Shown one piece after another: positions 1 through 12,788 of a stretch of DNA of 64,000 nucleotides. The notes below the pieces were generated by a model. It ran no database searches, was not told where the DNA came from, and saw only the letters and a list, made by a program, of their open reading frames with translations. Origin of the DNA: Flaccisagitta enflata (Eukaryota); the NCBI GenBank assembly GCA_965153355.1, contig OZ231126.1, positions 49,724,001 to 49,788,000 of the forward strand, in the 5' to 3' direction. Position 1 is the first letter of the stretch. Every line of letters begins with the position of its first letter. A program made the position numbers and the translations under genes.

Positions 1-2108
1 TAGTGCTGCTAGTCTTAACTGCAATGAGGAGTCTATCCCAGTATTTGAATTGGGGGGCTGCTGGGGGGCTGCTGGTCCTATCCCCACTGTTGTAAGATAG
101 GGCTGCTAGACTTCACTGCAATGTTGAGTCTAGGGGCTGCTGGGGGATTGCTGAGTCTATCCCCGTATTTGTAGTGGGGGGCTGCTGGTCCTATCCCCAG
201 AGTCGTAGAAGGGGCTGCTAGACTTAAAATAAACACACATACTGATAATGGGAGCTGCTGGGGGGCTGCAGTGTCTATCCCAATGTTTCTAGTTGGGGGC
301 TGCTGGGGGGCTGCTGGTCCTATCCCCAGAGTTGTAAGATAGTGCTGCTAGTCTTAACTGCAATGAGGAGTCTATCCCAGTATTTGAATTGGGGGGCTGC
401 TGGGGGGCTGCTGGTCCTATCCCCACAGTTGTAAGATAGGGCTGCTAGACTTCACTGCAATGTTGAGTCTAGGGGCTGCTGGGGGGCTGCTGAGTCTATC
501 CCAGTATTTGTAGGGGCTGCTGGGGGCTGGTCTTATCCCCAGAGTTGTAGAAGGGGCTGCTAGACTTAAAATCAACACACATACTGATAATGGGGGCTGC
601 TGGGGCTGCTGTGTCTATCCCAATGTTTCTAGTTAGGGCTGGGGGCTGCTGGTCCTATCCCCAGAGTGGTAAGATAGTGCTGCTAGTCTTAACTGCAATG
701 AGGAGTATAAAGGCTGGGGCCTGAGTCTATCTCAGTATTTGAATTGGGGCTGCTGGGGGGCTGCTGGTCCTATCCCCACAGTTGTAAGATAGGGCTGCTA
801 GACTTCACTGCAATGTTGAGTCTAGGGGCTGCTGGGGGGCTGCTGAGTCTATCCCCGTATTTGTAGTGGGGGGCTGCTGGGGGGCTGCTGGTCCTATCCC
901 CAGAGTTGTAGAAGGGGCTGCAGACATAAAATCAACACACATACTGATAATGGGGGCTGCTGGGGGTCGCTGTGTGTCTATCCCAATGTTTCTAGTTGGG
1001 GGCTGCTGGGGCTGCTGGTCCTATCCCCAGAGTTGTAAGATAGTGCTGCTAGTCTTAACTGCAATGAGGAGTCTATCCCAGTATTTGAATTGGGGGGCTG
1101 CTGGGGGGCTGCTGGTCCTATCCCCACAGTTGTAAGATAGGGCTGCTAGACTTCACTGCAATGTTGAGTCTAGGGGCTGCTTGGGGGCTGCTGAGTCTAT
1201 CCCCGTATTTGTAATGGGGGCTGCTGGGGGGCTGCTGGTCCTATCCCCAGAGTTGTAGAAGGGGCTGCTAGACTTAAAATCAACACACATACTGATAATG
1301 GGGGCTGCTGGGGCTGCTGTGTATCCCAATGTTTCTAGTTGGGGGCTGCTGGGGGCTGCTGGTCCTATCCCCAGAGTTGTAAGATAGTGCTGCTAGTCTT
1401 AACTGCAATGAGGAGTATTTAAGCTGCCGGGGGGCTGCTGAGTCTATCCCCGTATTTGTAGTGGGGGGCTGCTGGGGGGCTGCTGGTCCTATCCCCACAG
1501 TTGTAAGATAGGGCTGCTAGACTTCACTGCAATGTTGAGTCTAGGGGCTGCTGGGGGGCTGCTGAGTCTATCCCCGTATTTGTAGTGGGGGGCTGCTGGG
1601 GGGCTGCTGGTCCTATCCCCAGAGTTGTAGAAGGGGCTGCTAGACTTAAAATCAACACACATACTGATAATGGGGGCTGCTGGGGGGCTGCTGTGTCTAT
1701 CCCAATGTTTCTAGTTGGGGGCTGCTGGGGGGCTGCTGGTCCTATCCCCAGAGTTGTAAGATAGTGCTGCTAGTCTTAACTGCAATGAGGAGTATAAAGG
1801 CTGCCGGGGGGCTGCTGAGTCTATCCCAGTATTTGAATTAGGGGGCTGCTGGGGGGCTGCTGGTCCTATCCCCACAGTTGTAAGATAGGGCTGCTAGACT
1901 TCACTGCAATGTTGAGAATAGGGGCTGCTGGGGGGCTGCTGAGTATATCCCAGTGTTTTTAAGGGGGGGCTGCTGAGAGGTCTAAGGGGCTGCTGATCCT
2001 TTCCCTACTTAACAAAAACATAGGGGGCTGCTAAGGGGCTGCTGTAACTATCTCCTATTTCTGGCTCTTTAAGAGTCAAGGGGGCTGCTGGGCCAAAGGT
2101 GCTGCTAA
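1..2108. repeat. Higher-order tandem satellite of about 335-377 bp, built from GGGGCTGCTG...CTATCCC subunits; runs off the left edge
   Basis: TAGTGCTGCTAGTCTTAACTGCAATGAGGAG recurs at 1, 340, 675, 1041, 1385 and 1762. The array degenerates after about 1920. Confidence 0.95.
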
Positions 2109-3887
2109 AACACACGTACTTGCCAAGGGACAAAGAAAATCATTTACCAGATAACGATTTCAACCACCCAGAACAAATCATCAAACCTTTTTCGTGGCAT
2201 CTGTCATTCAAATCATGTCAAATATTAATTTCATGGTCAATGTGATCAATTTCTGCCAGTTGTATCGCTTTCTCAAGGGAGAAATATCATCATCTGCAAT
2301 TCTGAACGACTTGAACAAAGCATACCTGTACCATTTTGAATTTTTTTTTTTAGAAAAAAAAAGAGACGTGCGGGAATTAATACGCTAAAGCGTTACTGTT
2401 GGCGCATAGTGACAAATGCCTTTATTTAATTCTTTTTTCTAAAATGGCAACATAAAATCGGGAAACAATCTAAATAGTACGAAAAAGGAAAGGAGGAAAA
2501 ACACGATAGAAAAGAGGGAGATCTGGGAAAGAGAATGAAAAGAGGAATAAAAGAAGAAGAAAAGGAAAAGTGGAGAGAAAGCAATTTGGAATATGCAAAA
2601 CAAATGTTCTGTCAAAGCGCGAGGAAGTCAGCCTCCATTTTCCGCGAGAGTTGTATGGCCGGGCGCGGGTGGATTACACTGCCGGGGAATGGGGGGGGGG
2701 GGTAGGGAGGGAAAGGTGGGGGGTCGGGTAAAGAGAGAAGCGGAAGATACTTTAAAAGGTCAAATGGTGTGAGTGGAGAGTTGAATGAAACGCAGGCTGG
2801 TGACCGGATGATAAAAGAATTGGTTAAACGAAAAGAGTGAGGAATGGAGAAAAAAGATTATCTGCAGAGTCGATAGTGGAAGTGAGATCGGGAAAAGATC
2901 AGCAAGAATTAGTGTGGTTGTTTGCCCTTTTCCTGTATAAAATCACTCACGAACCAAGCGAATGAATTGTTTTAGGTATTAGCGATAAAGAACTGAATTA
3001 AACCTTCATTGAAAAGGGATAAAATATGCAATTACAAAATTTGGAATTGGTGGTTATGGAGAGGTCTGTGATCTTTTTGCAACTTTACCATTAGTTTTCA
3101 AGTTAAAATAAGTGCGTTTGGAAATTACTGATTTAGAACCTGTCGCACCCCTAAGCAAGTCACGAAAATCTGGCTGTAATGGACCTGAAACTTTCATTAC
3201 ATTACCAGGATCAACAGAGGTCTGTCTAAAACAGACATCATGATCAGTCCCTGCAAAGCTGTTTTTGCCGCGTAAAAGTCATTCATAAAGACCCATTTTC
3301 CATGCATGAAATGCAGGGAAGATGGGATGTAAAAACATTATGGGTAAGACAGTCGGGAAACTACGACATCGGCCTCAGACAAAGAGGCTGTGCTGCGCGA
3401 GTGAAGATTTGTCAGTTTAATATTTTTTGCGTTTTGCTAAATAAGACTATTAACCTTTTAAAGGATTGAAAGGTCACCCCGGGATGAAAGTTTCACTGAG
3501 GAAGCGTGAAATATTGTCATGATAAGCACGGCTGTCATATTGTATATATATTTGGTTTGTGAAATGTTGCAAAAACAACCAATTTGGCCATTTTTAAGAA
3601 CAGACCCGCCATTAACAAATCCTGTCTCTTCAGTGTTTTCCCCCCAGTTTCTGCATTTGCTGCTAGTATGTAAGAAATCTGTTGTGGGGTTGTAATTTAA
3701 AAGGAAAATAATACAAGCCATGTATAATTTATCAAAAAGGGCTGTCAACAACCAAAAATATTTTGGGTTAATTTTTTGAATCCATAGATCTCAAAACATG
3801 TGTCATTCTATTGCCAGAATTACTGATACATTTCATATTAATTGATCAATCACTCGATCAATCACTTCCTTCCAAACATCCCTTACA

Positions 3888-4155
3888 CAGTCTATGGACA
3901 TTTGGGTATTTGTAGATATGTCAGCAGTTTGGTACATTTCAACCCGTTGAAATCTCTCATTCCGGCATATTTCAACGGGTTGAAATCTTTCATTCTACTG
4001 ATATTAGTCTTGTAGAATAAGAGATTTCAACGTGTTGAAATGTGCCAAAATGAGAGATTTCAACCTGTTGAAATATGCCAGAATGAAAGATTTCAACGGG
4101 TTGAAATATACCAAACTGCTGACATATCTACAAATACCAAAATGTCCATAGACTG
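3888..4155. mobile_element. Foldback MITE with CAGTC termini and TACA flanking duplication
   Basis: Long terminal inverted repeats CAGTCTATGGACATTT..GGTATTTGTAGATATGTCAGCAGTTTGGTA / TACCAAACTGCTGACATATCTACAAATACCAAAATGTCCATAGACTG. TACA at 3884-3887 and 4156-4159. Five internal TTTCAACnnGTTGAAA palindromes. Confidence 0.9.
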
Positions 4156-4237
4156 TACAACTATAAATAACAAAAAAATATTTTTCTGGGAGCTAAACAT
4201 GTATCCATAATTCCATATCCATCCCAGAGTGCGGCTG

Positions 4238-4358
<121 letters not shown>

Positions 4359-4712
4359 AGACAGACAGACAGACAGATAGAAAGTCAGACAAACAGAGGG
4401 CTAAGTGGCGACAGAGAAACAGAAGTTGAGAGGCGAAATACGCAAAATTGGTGTCATAGAAGATGAGTGATGCCGCCCGTGACGACGCGTGACGCACAAT
4501 CGAAACACTTGGAGAGAAGAAATAATGGAGTGGAGGATGAAAATGAGGAGGGAGTAAGGGATAGTGGGAAGGGCAAGTTAGAGAGATGAAGAATGAAGAA
4601 TTCGATGGAGCGTGAAAGACTATGGTTAAGGGCTATATAGAACTAGAAGGGCGACTAGAAAATGCTTAGTTCAACAGAAGGAGAAGAAAGAAAAGAAAAG
4701 AGAGATAGAAAT

Positions 4713-4823
<111 letters not shown>

Positions 4824-4881
4824 GAAAAGGATGAGAATCACTAACTCAATTGATTGTCATGGGAAAAGTTTCAGGAAATAT

Positions 4882-5326
4882 TGGGAGTCGCAATAGTTAA
4901 GCTTTTCAAATTTACTAGTTGATAGTTATCTAACTTAGAATTTCGCTAATTAACTAGCTGATGTAGTTATAAAATTCACCTTACGAAAGGTAGAATCTAC
5001 AGAAAATTGTCATTATTTTGATACAATTTTTAAATCTATCTATAATTTCAGTATTAATTTATTGATTTTACTGTTTGAGGTTAAGAATCTTCAAGTTTCC
5101 ATGTTTCTGTGTTACAATCCAAATGTTTTTTCTCAATGTCAAAAATCTTTACCAAAAACCATGTGATTTTAAAGAGAAAAAAAAAACGGCGATTTTTTCC
5201 CCATTTTCAAAAAAAAAAACAACACCCATAACTGTTTAAATTAGTTAATTTCTCATAGTTAATCATAGGGGTTTCCAGAATTTTAACTAGTTAACTAGCT
5301 AGTTAAAGTTAAATATTGCGAGTCCA
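4882..5326. mobile_element. Degenerate MITE with 8-9-bp target duplication (hAT- or Mutator-like)
   Basis: Imperfect TIRs TGGGAGTCGCAATAGTTAA / TTAAATATTGCGAGTCCA. Direct repeat AGGAAATAT at 4873-4881 and 5327-5335. Subterminal TAACTAG motifs. Confidence 0.7.
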
Positions 5327-5510
5327 AGGAAATATCAAAAGTAACGGGAGAGGGATGAAACACAGTTTCAGGAAAAGAGAGATCTGCTGTTATGGAAAGA
5401 ATCCAGACAACTTCCGAGATTAAGGGGCCCTCAACTTGGGGAAGAGGAGGTAAGAGGAAATAACAAGCGTGGCATCGATGAAAAATGAGCAGATACGAAG
5501 TATTAAGGTT

Positions 5511-5618
5511 GTTCCGACAGTCAGAACTATGTTCATAAAAAATGAACGAAGTTCCGACGTCGGAACTTCGTGAAAAATTGAACAACAGTTTCTCATTTGA
5601 CTGTCGTAACTATGTGAA
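5511..5618. repeat. Small palindromic element, copy 1
   Basis: Central perfect 26-bp palindrome ACGAAGTTCCGACGTCGGAACTTCGT (5546-5571). Outer IR GTTCCGACAGTCA / TGACTGTCGTAAC. Related to 6721-6834. Confidence 0.65.
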
Positions 5619-5800
5619 GGAAAAATGATAAATACTACAAGATACTCAATTTGATCATCTTAACAAGGTTCTTCCTTTGCTCATTGTTAATATTTCTTTT
5701 TTGGTCAAGCCGTCCATGCAGTGACTGGAAACTTTGACTATCCAATAAAGAACTGATTCAACTTGGAGAAAACAAGGTCTTCCTTTACTCATCGTTTTCA

Positions 5801-5962
5801 TTTTTAGTTGTGGACACGCAACTCTATAAGAGACCTTGTCCGTCCATCTGTCTGTTGGTCCATCTGTCCGTCATGGTGATTGAGTCAGAAAGTGTGAAAA
5901 CGCGCATTTCCGCCCCTGCCCACCCATCCGCAACTGGTATTGGCTGTGTATCCAGCCTTGTT
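5801..5962 (+). mobile_element. HINE/DINE-1-like non-autonomous Helentron (AGTTGCGGAC-type subfamily)
   Basis: TTTTTAGTTGTGGACACGCAACTCTATAAGAG, GTCY tract, TCCGCAACT 3' subTIR, GGCTGTGTATCCAGCC hairpin, CTTGTT end. Confidence 0.75.
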
Positions 5963-5989
5963 CTTTGGTCAAAGGGTCTGCCCAAAGCG

Positions 5990-6070
<81 letters not shown>

Positions 6071-6087
6071 ATTTAGGAACATGAACA

Positions 6088-6240
6088 AACAAGGCCGTAT
6101 ACACGAGCCGAAGTTGCGTGCAGGTGGGCCGGAGCGGCGAAAAAGCTAAAAAAGCTAAGTGGGACCGACTGACAGACGGACCGACCGACCGACAGACGGA
6201 CAGAGTGGGTCATAGAGTCGCGTGCACGCGACTAAAAAAA
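6088..6240 (-). mobile_element. HINE-like element
   Basis: On the + strand: AACAAGGCCG..AGTTGCGTGC..(GACC/GACG)n..TAGAGTCGCGTGCACGCGACTAAAAA. Confidence 0.75.
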
Positions 6241-6372
6241 ATGAAAAGGGAGAGGGACTATGGGATGATCATGACAAGAATGGACAGGCAAGGACATGTT
6301 TACAGACAGACAGACAGATAGATGGGGTAGATAGACAGGCAGAAAGAGAGAAAGAGAGAGAAAAAGAGAGAA

Positions 6373-6604
6373 AACAAGTGACGCGGGGTCACAATATCGT
6401 TGCGGACGGGTGGGCAGGGGCATCCAACCCCCATCCACACCCAAATCCAGCCCCAACACTCAAACATATGCAAAAAGTATCAAAAGTGCGAGTTTTCCCA
6501 CTTTTCAACTCGATGACCACGGACCAACGGACGGACGGACGGACGGACCAACGGACGGACGGACGGACGGACAAAGCCTCTTATAGAGTTGCGTGTCCGC
6601 AACT

Positions 6605-6609
<5 letters not shown>
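6373..6609 (-). mobile_element. HINE-like element (GTTGCGGAC/GTCCGCAAC subTIRs)
   Basis: AACAA, GTGACGCGGGGTCAC hairpin, GTTGCGGAC, core, (GGAC)n, AAAGCCTCTTATAGAGTTGCGTGTCCGCAACTAAAAA. A related copy lies at about 50258-50452 (+). Confidence 0.75.
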
Positions 6610-6693
<84 letters not shown>

Positions 6694-6720
6694 TTTAAGC
6701 ATAGTATGAAAATGAGTGAG

Positions 6721-6834
6721 TTCACATAGTTTCGACAGAGACATTGAGGGAGAATGCACGTAGTTACGACGTCGTAACTACGTGCATTTAGAACAAACAC
6801 AAACATCTCTTACCAGCATTGTCGCAACTACGTG
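6721..6834. repeat. Small palindromic element, copy 2
   Basis: Perfect 36-bp palindrome AATGCACGTAGTTACGACGTCGTAACTACGTGCATT (6753-6788). Outer IR CACATAGTTTCGACA / TGTCGCAACTACGTG. Confidence 0.7.
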
Positions 6835-7070
6835 GTTGCCCCGCAGATACTCGAGTAAACAATTGACTATTGATCTATCTTGATGACAAAATAAGATCTG
6901 GAAATGCATATAAATTTCTGTGCTACAGATTCCTGATAAGTTAGTAGTTTCGCGCGGTAAATCTTCTTACCTCTGCGTTTTGGCTATTGGGATAACCGTC
7001 TTTACTCACCTTTGGTGCAACGACTATTCCTTTTATTCATACATGTCGTTTATAATCTCTGATACCACAT

Positions 7071-7370
<300 letters not shown>

Positions 7371-7794
7371 TTGACTATGATTTGTAGTGAAAAAACCAGA
7401 GATAGAGGATGTGTGGGGAAATGATCATTATACCAAATCATTCCTTAGGAATAAGAGATTAACGAGAATAAAATTGGATAAAAAGAGAAAAAAAAAACAC
7501 AGATGAAGTTGGAATAAGAATAGAGCAGGAAGAGAGAACAAAAAGATGAAGAAATGATGAAGTCATTCAGACAAAATGATTATGTTGATGAGGAAGGGCG
7601 AAAAAAAAACGGGAAAAAGGTGATGTAGCTAACGGAAAGGAGAGACGTAGGAAAGCAGGAGGGAAAACAGGAGGTACACTTGAACCTTGAAGAGGCGCCT
7701 CTTATCGGAGGACGAACCGGTTGACTACAGTTGCACTCAAGGTACAACAGCATTAGGGTCTCTCTGAACTGCTTTTAGGAAGAGAAAGAAAAAG

Positions 7795-7930
7795 AACAAG
7801 GCCTAGTAGGCCAATAAGGTGCGACGTATGGATCGTCGAACGAATGCGTTACCAGACCGACCGACCAACCGACCAACCGACCAACGGACACAGCCAGTTA
7901 TAGAGGTGCCTTGTCGCACCTTAAAAAAAA
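7795..7930 (-). mobile_element. HINE-like element (AGGTGCGAC subTIR subfamily)
   Basis: GGCCTAGTAGGCC hairpin at 7800-7812. TAAGGTGCGAC (7815-7825) and GTCGCACCTTA (7913-7923) form a perfect IR. (GACC/AACC)n tract and A-rich end. Confidence 0.75.
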
Positions 7931-7931
7931 G

Positions 7932-8483
7932 AAATAGTCGCAAAAGCGTCTGATGATCAGCAGTTCCCGTTGCCCCTAAGTAAGTGTACGTTACATGTGA
8001 AAGCGAGAAGGGCAATGGCCCCAAGGGAGCTGATGACCTATGCATATGTTGGGCTAGGATATGAGCATTGAGGATAGGATTTAAGCCTCATGGCTGGGAT
8101 TTGAGCTGTGATGCTGTGATTTGAGCCACGAGTCTGGGATTGGAGCCTTGAGGCTGAGATTGGAGCCTCCAGGCTAGAATTGGACCTTTGAGACTAGGGT
8201 TGGATTGTCAAGACTGAAATTGGAGCCCCAAGGCTGGGATTGGAGCCTTGAGGCTGGGGTGGGAGCTTTGAGACTGGGACTGGAGCCTCGAGGCTGGGAT
8301 TGGAGCCCAGAGGTTGGGATTGGAGCCTCCAGGTTGGGATTGGAGCCTCCAGGTTGGAGTTGGAGCCTCTTCGCTGGGATGGAAGCCTTGAGGGGAAGGG
8401 CAGAGAAGGAGGAGAAGGAGAACAAGAAATCTCCCATATGTGCGAAAGAATAAGTCATCGGCTCCTTCGGGGCCGCTTCCTAA
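7932..8483 (-). mobile_element. Family C element (GGGCAGCGGCCCC subTIR, 20-bp central tandem array)
   Basis: AATAGTCGCAAAAGCGTC end, (GGCTGGGATTGGAGCCTTGA)-like array, CTTCGGGGCCGCT end. Homologous to 14107-14986 and 26408-27005. Confidence 0.85.
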
Positions 8484-9172
8484 GATGAGTGTCGAGTGTA
8501 GGAAAAAGGTCATGTAGGTTAACAGATGCGCTTGATGAACTGAGTGTTATCAACCGACGGACCGACGGATAAAGAGGCCTGATGAAGAGGCGCGGTGGCG
8601 CATAGAAAATGAAATGGGGAAAGTTCCTCCAACCAAGACGTAATCCGGAGTATTAGGGGTGGAAAGAAGGAAGGAAATACGGCGCTCTTCGAAAAGGAAT
8701 CTCGACATTGGAGTGTCTTTCGAGGGTTGAATTGTGGAAAGGAACGCAGCTGCTGCCAAGGAAATGATATGAGAATGGAATAACCCAAGATAAGAACAGA
8801 TGAGAGTAATGGGATCAAGGCATGGAGAGGAGGGGAGAAAGAGGTAGTTGTGGGGGTGGGGGTGGTGGTTGTGGTTGTGGTTGTAGCGTTGGAGTAGGAG
8901 GAGGAAAAAAGGCGAAAAACGTGGTGCTACGGTGAAATGGTATTCTTCGGGCATGTAGAATCAGGAGGGAATAAATCACGTTAAATGCAGAGGAAAGCAT
9001 TGAATACGGATTAACTGGGAGAAAAGGAAGGTGGTTGCGTAATGCGTACAAACCTCTTAATAAAAAAACAAAAACAAAAAAAAAAACAAAACAAACTCAA
9101 ATTGCAGAGGACGAACAAGGTCATAAACGAGTGGGTACTGGATAAAAGTGGAAACACATGTTGTCAGAAAAA

Positions 9173-9288
9173 AGGATGTGGAAGCGATTGACCGCTACCG
9201 TTTTGGTGGATGGGATATCATTTGAACTACATAATGGAAGCGAAAGTGGAAGCGGTGAAACCGGTAGGAAAATCGCTTCCACAACCCA
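9173..9288 (+). mobile_element. hAT-like MITE family D (TAGGGATGTGGAAGCG termini), degenerate copy
   Basis: GGATGTGGAAGCGATT...AATCGCTTCCACAACCC. Matches 27256-27378 and 56746-56881. Confidence 0.75.
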
Positions 9289-9672
9289 CACACATTTTTT
9301 TTTTCTAACTGGGGCATTGATGACGGATGGAAGGAATAACGGACGGATGGACAGATGGATTGATACAATGTCCAATGCATATGGACACACACTACTATCT
9401 AGCTCATAAATATATCGACAAAATGGGAATTAGTTGGTTTATTGACATAAAATTGAGAAAAAAATCTTTAGAATCTATCAAATACCCTAATATTGCATAT
9501 TTGGGTTTACCTGAGTATGGATTTTCTAAGCATTTTGACGCAAATTTATAGTATAAATGCATGACAACTCTCCCCTCCTTGAATGAGTTTTCAGACCATT
9601 CTCTAGCAAATGGTTGGTCCTTCCTTTTGCTTCAATTGCAATCCAAATGACCCAGTGGGGTTGAAATTGACC

Positions 9673-9948
9673 CAGGGGTGTATATTATTGAGTCACTTTT
9701 GATTCCCCCCCCCCCCTGCCTTTGATTTTCTTTCCCGCGACGCTTTGAGTCGCATTCTAAAATCTATGATTTTCTTCCCCATAAGGCAGTGAAACAGTGT
9801 AGTTAAGGTTTGAATAGTGTTAATTTGTGTTGCACTAATCAGTATTTATGATTTGGTACTGCCAAAAATTATATTTTCCCCAAATTGTCTTTTTTTCTCT
9901 TTTTTCCCCCTTTGATTTTCTTCCCCATCTCAATAATATGCAGGCCTG
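9673..9948. mobile_element. hAT-like MITE with perfect 8-bp TSD
   Basis: TIRs CAGGGGTGTATATTATTG / CAATAATATGCAGGCCTG. AATTGACC at 9665-9672 and 9949-9956. Internal GATTTTCTTCCCC repeats. Confidence 0.9.
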
Positions 9949-10995
9949 AATTGACCACAAAAATGCAGGAAGTGCTTGGCCTTGTATAGAGGACCAAAAG
10001 TTAGGTAAAACACCCACAATCTACTCTTTGTTATTCAATTGCAGAAACTAAAAAGAAACAGGATGCATTATTTTTGCCATTCCTCCATTGGGATATTGTT
10101 TTTGTTTTGCTTGTCAAATCCAAATGTCTTGAGCTAAAAGGATGCGGTTTGCGGCATTTGGTCAGAAATTCGGAGCAGTTTCAGAGTCTCACTGATTTTT
10201 AAAAGAATTTTTTATTCTTAACAGAGTTATTACTTTAAATGCTTGTCGATATATATATGAGCTAGATAGTACGTATTGACGCAGTTCGTCTTGACACGGC
10301 ATGTATGGATCGAAGAAATCGAAGTGAGTAGTGATCACTGAGCACTGAAGAGAAACGATTAACAACGATTCAAGGTAGAAATCATGCATGGAGGAAGTCG
10401 TTGTGATTGACTTTTATAGGACAGGTTGATTTAGAGACACAAAATGGCATCGAGGCGAGATGCCATGAGTGGGAATTTTTGGTATGTACATGAAATATGA
10501 CCCGCCAAAAAAGGAAAGATATGGTGGAAAGAGAAAGCTTTCGTGGTACAAATGGGTTATCAGATAAAGGATTTGACACGAAAGAAAGAAAAATTGCGTC
10601 AAAAAACTTGAACGATTGATAGCCAGACGCAAGAAGGATAAAAAAAGAACTAGAACATCAGAGATTGAGTAGATATTGCTTTGGAATTCTGGCAGAGTGA
10701 ATCGATGATAGAATCGCGGCGTAGACTTGAAACGTGGGGAAGCGTAACGTGGACACGTGGTTGATCTTGTTGTGTGCGAGTGGGTTAGAGTAGACAATTC
10801 GAAATATAGGGGAACAAAAATCGATCGTGGCCGGCCATTGAAAAAAAGAAGAAAATAAAAATGATAGTAAAAACAAGCCCTACAAGGGGCAACATTCCCG
10901 GACGGTTGGGCTTGGCAGTAGTAAAAAGTAATACTAATACTCACACAAACACAACTCAAACCGACTAAAAAATCCAAATAAAGAAAAAAAAAAAA

Positions 10996-11300
10996 AAAGC
11001 CCGACCGGGCAACGACGCGTCCGGGCCGTGTCTCTGTGTGTATTGATCATGTGACATATATGGAGAGACAGATGGACGAACAGACAGGTGAAACGATTAA
11101 GTAGTAACTAGTAAAGGAGGCTCTCAAAACATGTTGAATGATCGTTTGTTTCAGTATAGGATCTCACCGTGGCAAAAAAAAAAGCTGAGAAACGTGGTTT
11201 TTGCACTTGCGTAACAGACATACCAACAGACCGACGGACGGACCGACGGACGGACGGACAAACCCTCTTACAGAGATGCGTTCCTGACCGACGCATCTAA
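10996..11300 (-). mobile_element. HINE-like element (GATGCGTC subTIR subfamily)
   Basis: GCCCGACCGGGC hairpin, GACGCGTC, core, (GGAC)n, AGATGCGTTCCTGACCGACGCATCTAA. Core shared with 44193-44453 and, more degenerately, with about 36540-36720 and 38667-38860. Confidence 0.7.
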
Positions 11301-12517
11301 CGACGGTAGTAAAAAAAGGTGTCACAGATGGACGGACGGACGGATGGACGGATAGACGGATGGATGAATGGATAGATGGAAAGACGGACGGATGGACAAA
11401 TGGATGGACCGACCGACACAGCAAGGGAACAGCGGAAACGATGGGTTGAGGAGCAATCAGAGAAACAAAGTGAAACAGAAAAAGAGGTATGGGAGATGGG
11501 GGATGGGTGGAGGATTCTGACCATCCATTCATACTGTACCAGGGTCAACCTACTCCTAAGAAGCTGTGGAGAGGATATAGGGCAACTAACAGCTGAGATC
11601 GACAAGTGGGATCAGATTGTTTTAGTAGGAAACTAGGATGTAGGATTCCAGAGAAATGATATTGGGCGCGAAGAAAAAGCAGCTGAGAATTTCAAGTAGA
11701 AGATGGGGATAGTGTCATCACTGAACAAGCGGCTGAAATATTGTAGACACTTTGCAGATCTGTTATTGTCGTTATTGTCAGTTTTTCTTAGTCATATACA
11801 AGGTATGCACCAGGATTTTTTTTTCTAACAAAAAGTATCTTTATCTTTGCTATACAGGATCCACCAACTTCACGTGGAGGCAAAAGAGAACGAAAGAAAG
11901 CCATGAAAAAAAGCAAATGATTAAAAATCGCGAAAAAAAAAAAACAAAAAAAACAAACGAAAATATACAATGCAGTGAGTGAATGAGAGAAAAGAACCCG
12001 AAGAAACTAAAAAAAAGAAAGATCATCGACACTTGGGTATAAGTAGCAAACAGCCAAACACTGCACCAGTATTGCACTGGATTTATATTTTACCTGCACG
12101 TGTTGCCTTTGACACTTAAACCGTCCTCACTTCCAATCTCTTTCCCGTCATTGCATTAGTTTTTTTTTCTTTCCATTTTAACATACAAGAGAAAATAGCA
12201 AAATGGTCATTAGACTCGTCATGTGCGTGGCACTTTTTAAAAACGTCAGACAGACAGATTTGGCAAGAATTTTTCATAAGCACTTTAAAGGTTTTTACTC
12301 TCAGTTCTTCTGCCATTCAGAGCCACAAAACGCGATAAATACCTTAAAAACACGTTTTTGTTACGGACGGACGGACTGACCGACCGACCGACGGACCGAC
12401 CGACAAAGTGGCTTATAGAGTCATGTAGCACTAAAAAAGGACTAAAATTTAACACCAAAAATGAGATGAGCCAGTCTTAAATAGAATAAGGAAGGCGTCG
12501 CGAAACAAAAAGCATGA

Positions 12518-12786
<269 letters not shown>

Positions 12787-12788
12787 AG

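Noticed and set aside
3937..4106. CRISPR-like array (TTTCAAC..GTTGAAA dyads at regular spacing)
   Set aside because: The intervening sequences are themselves repeats or mirror images within a MITE. There are no unique spacers and no cas genes.
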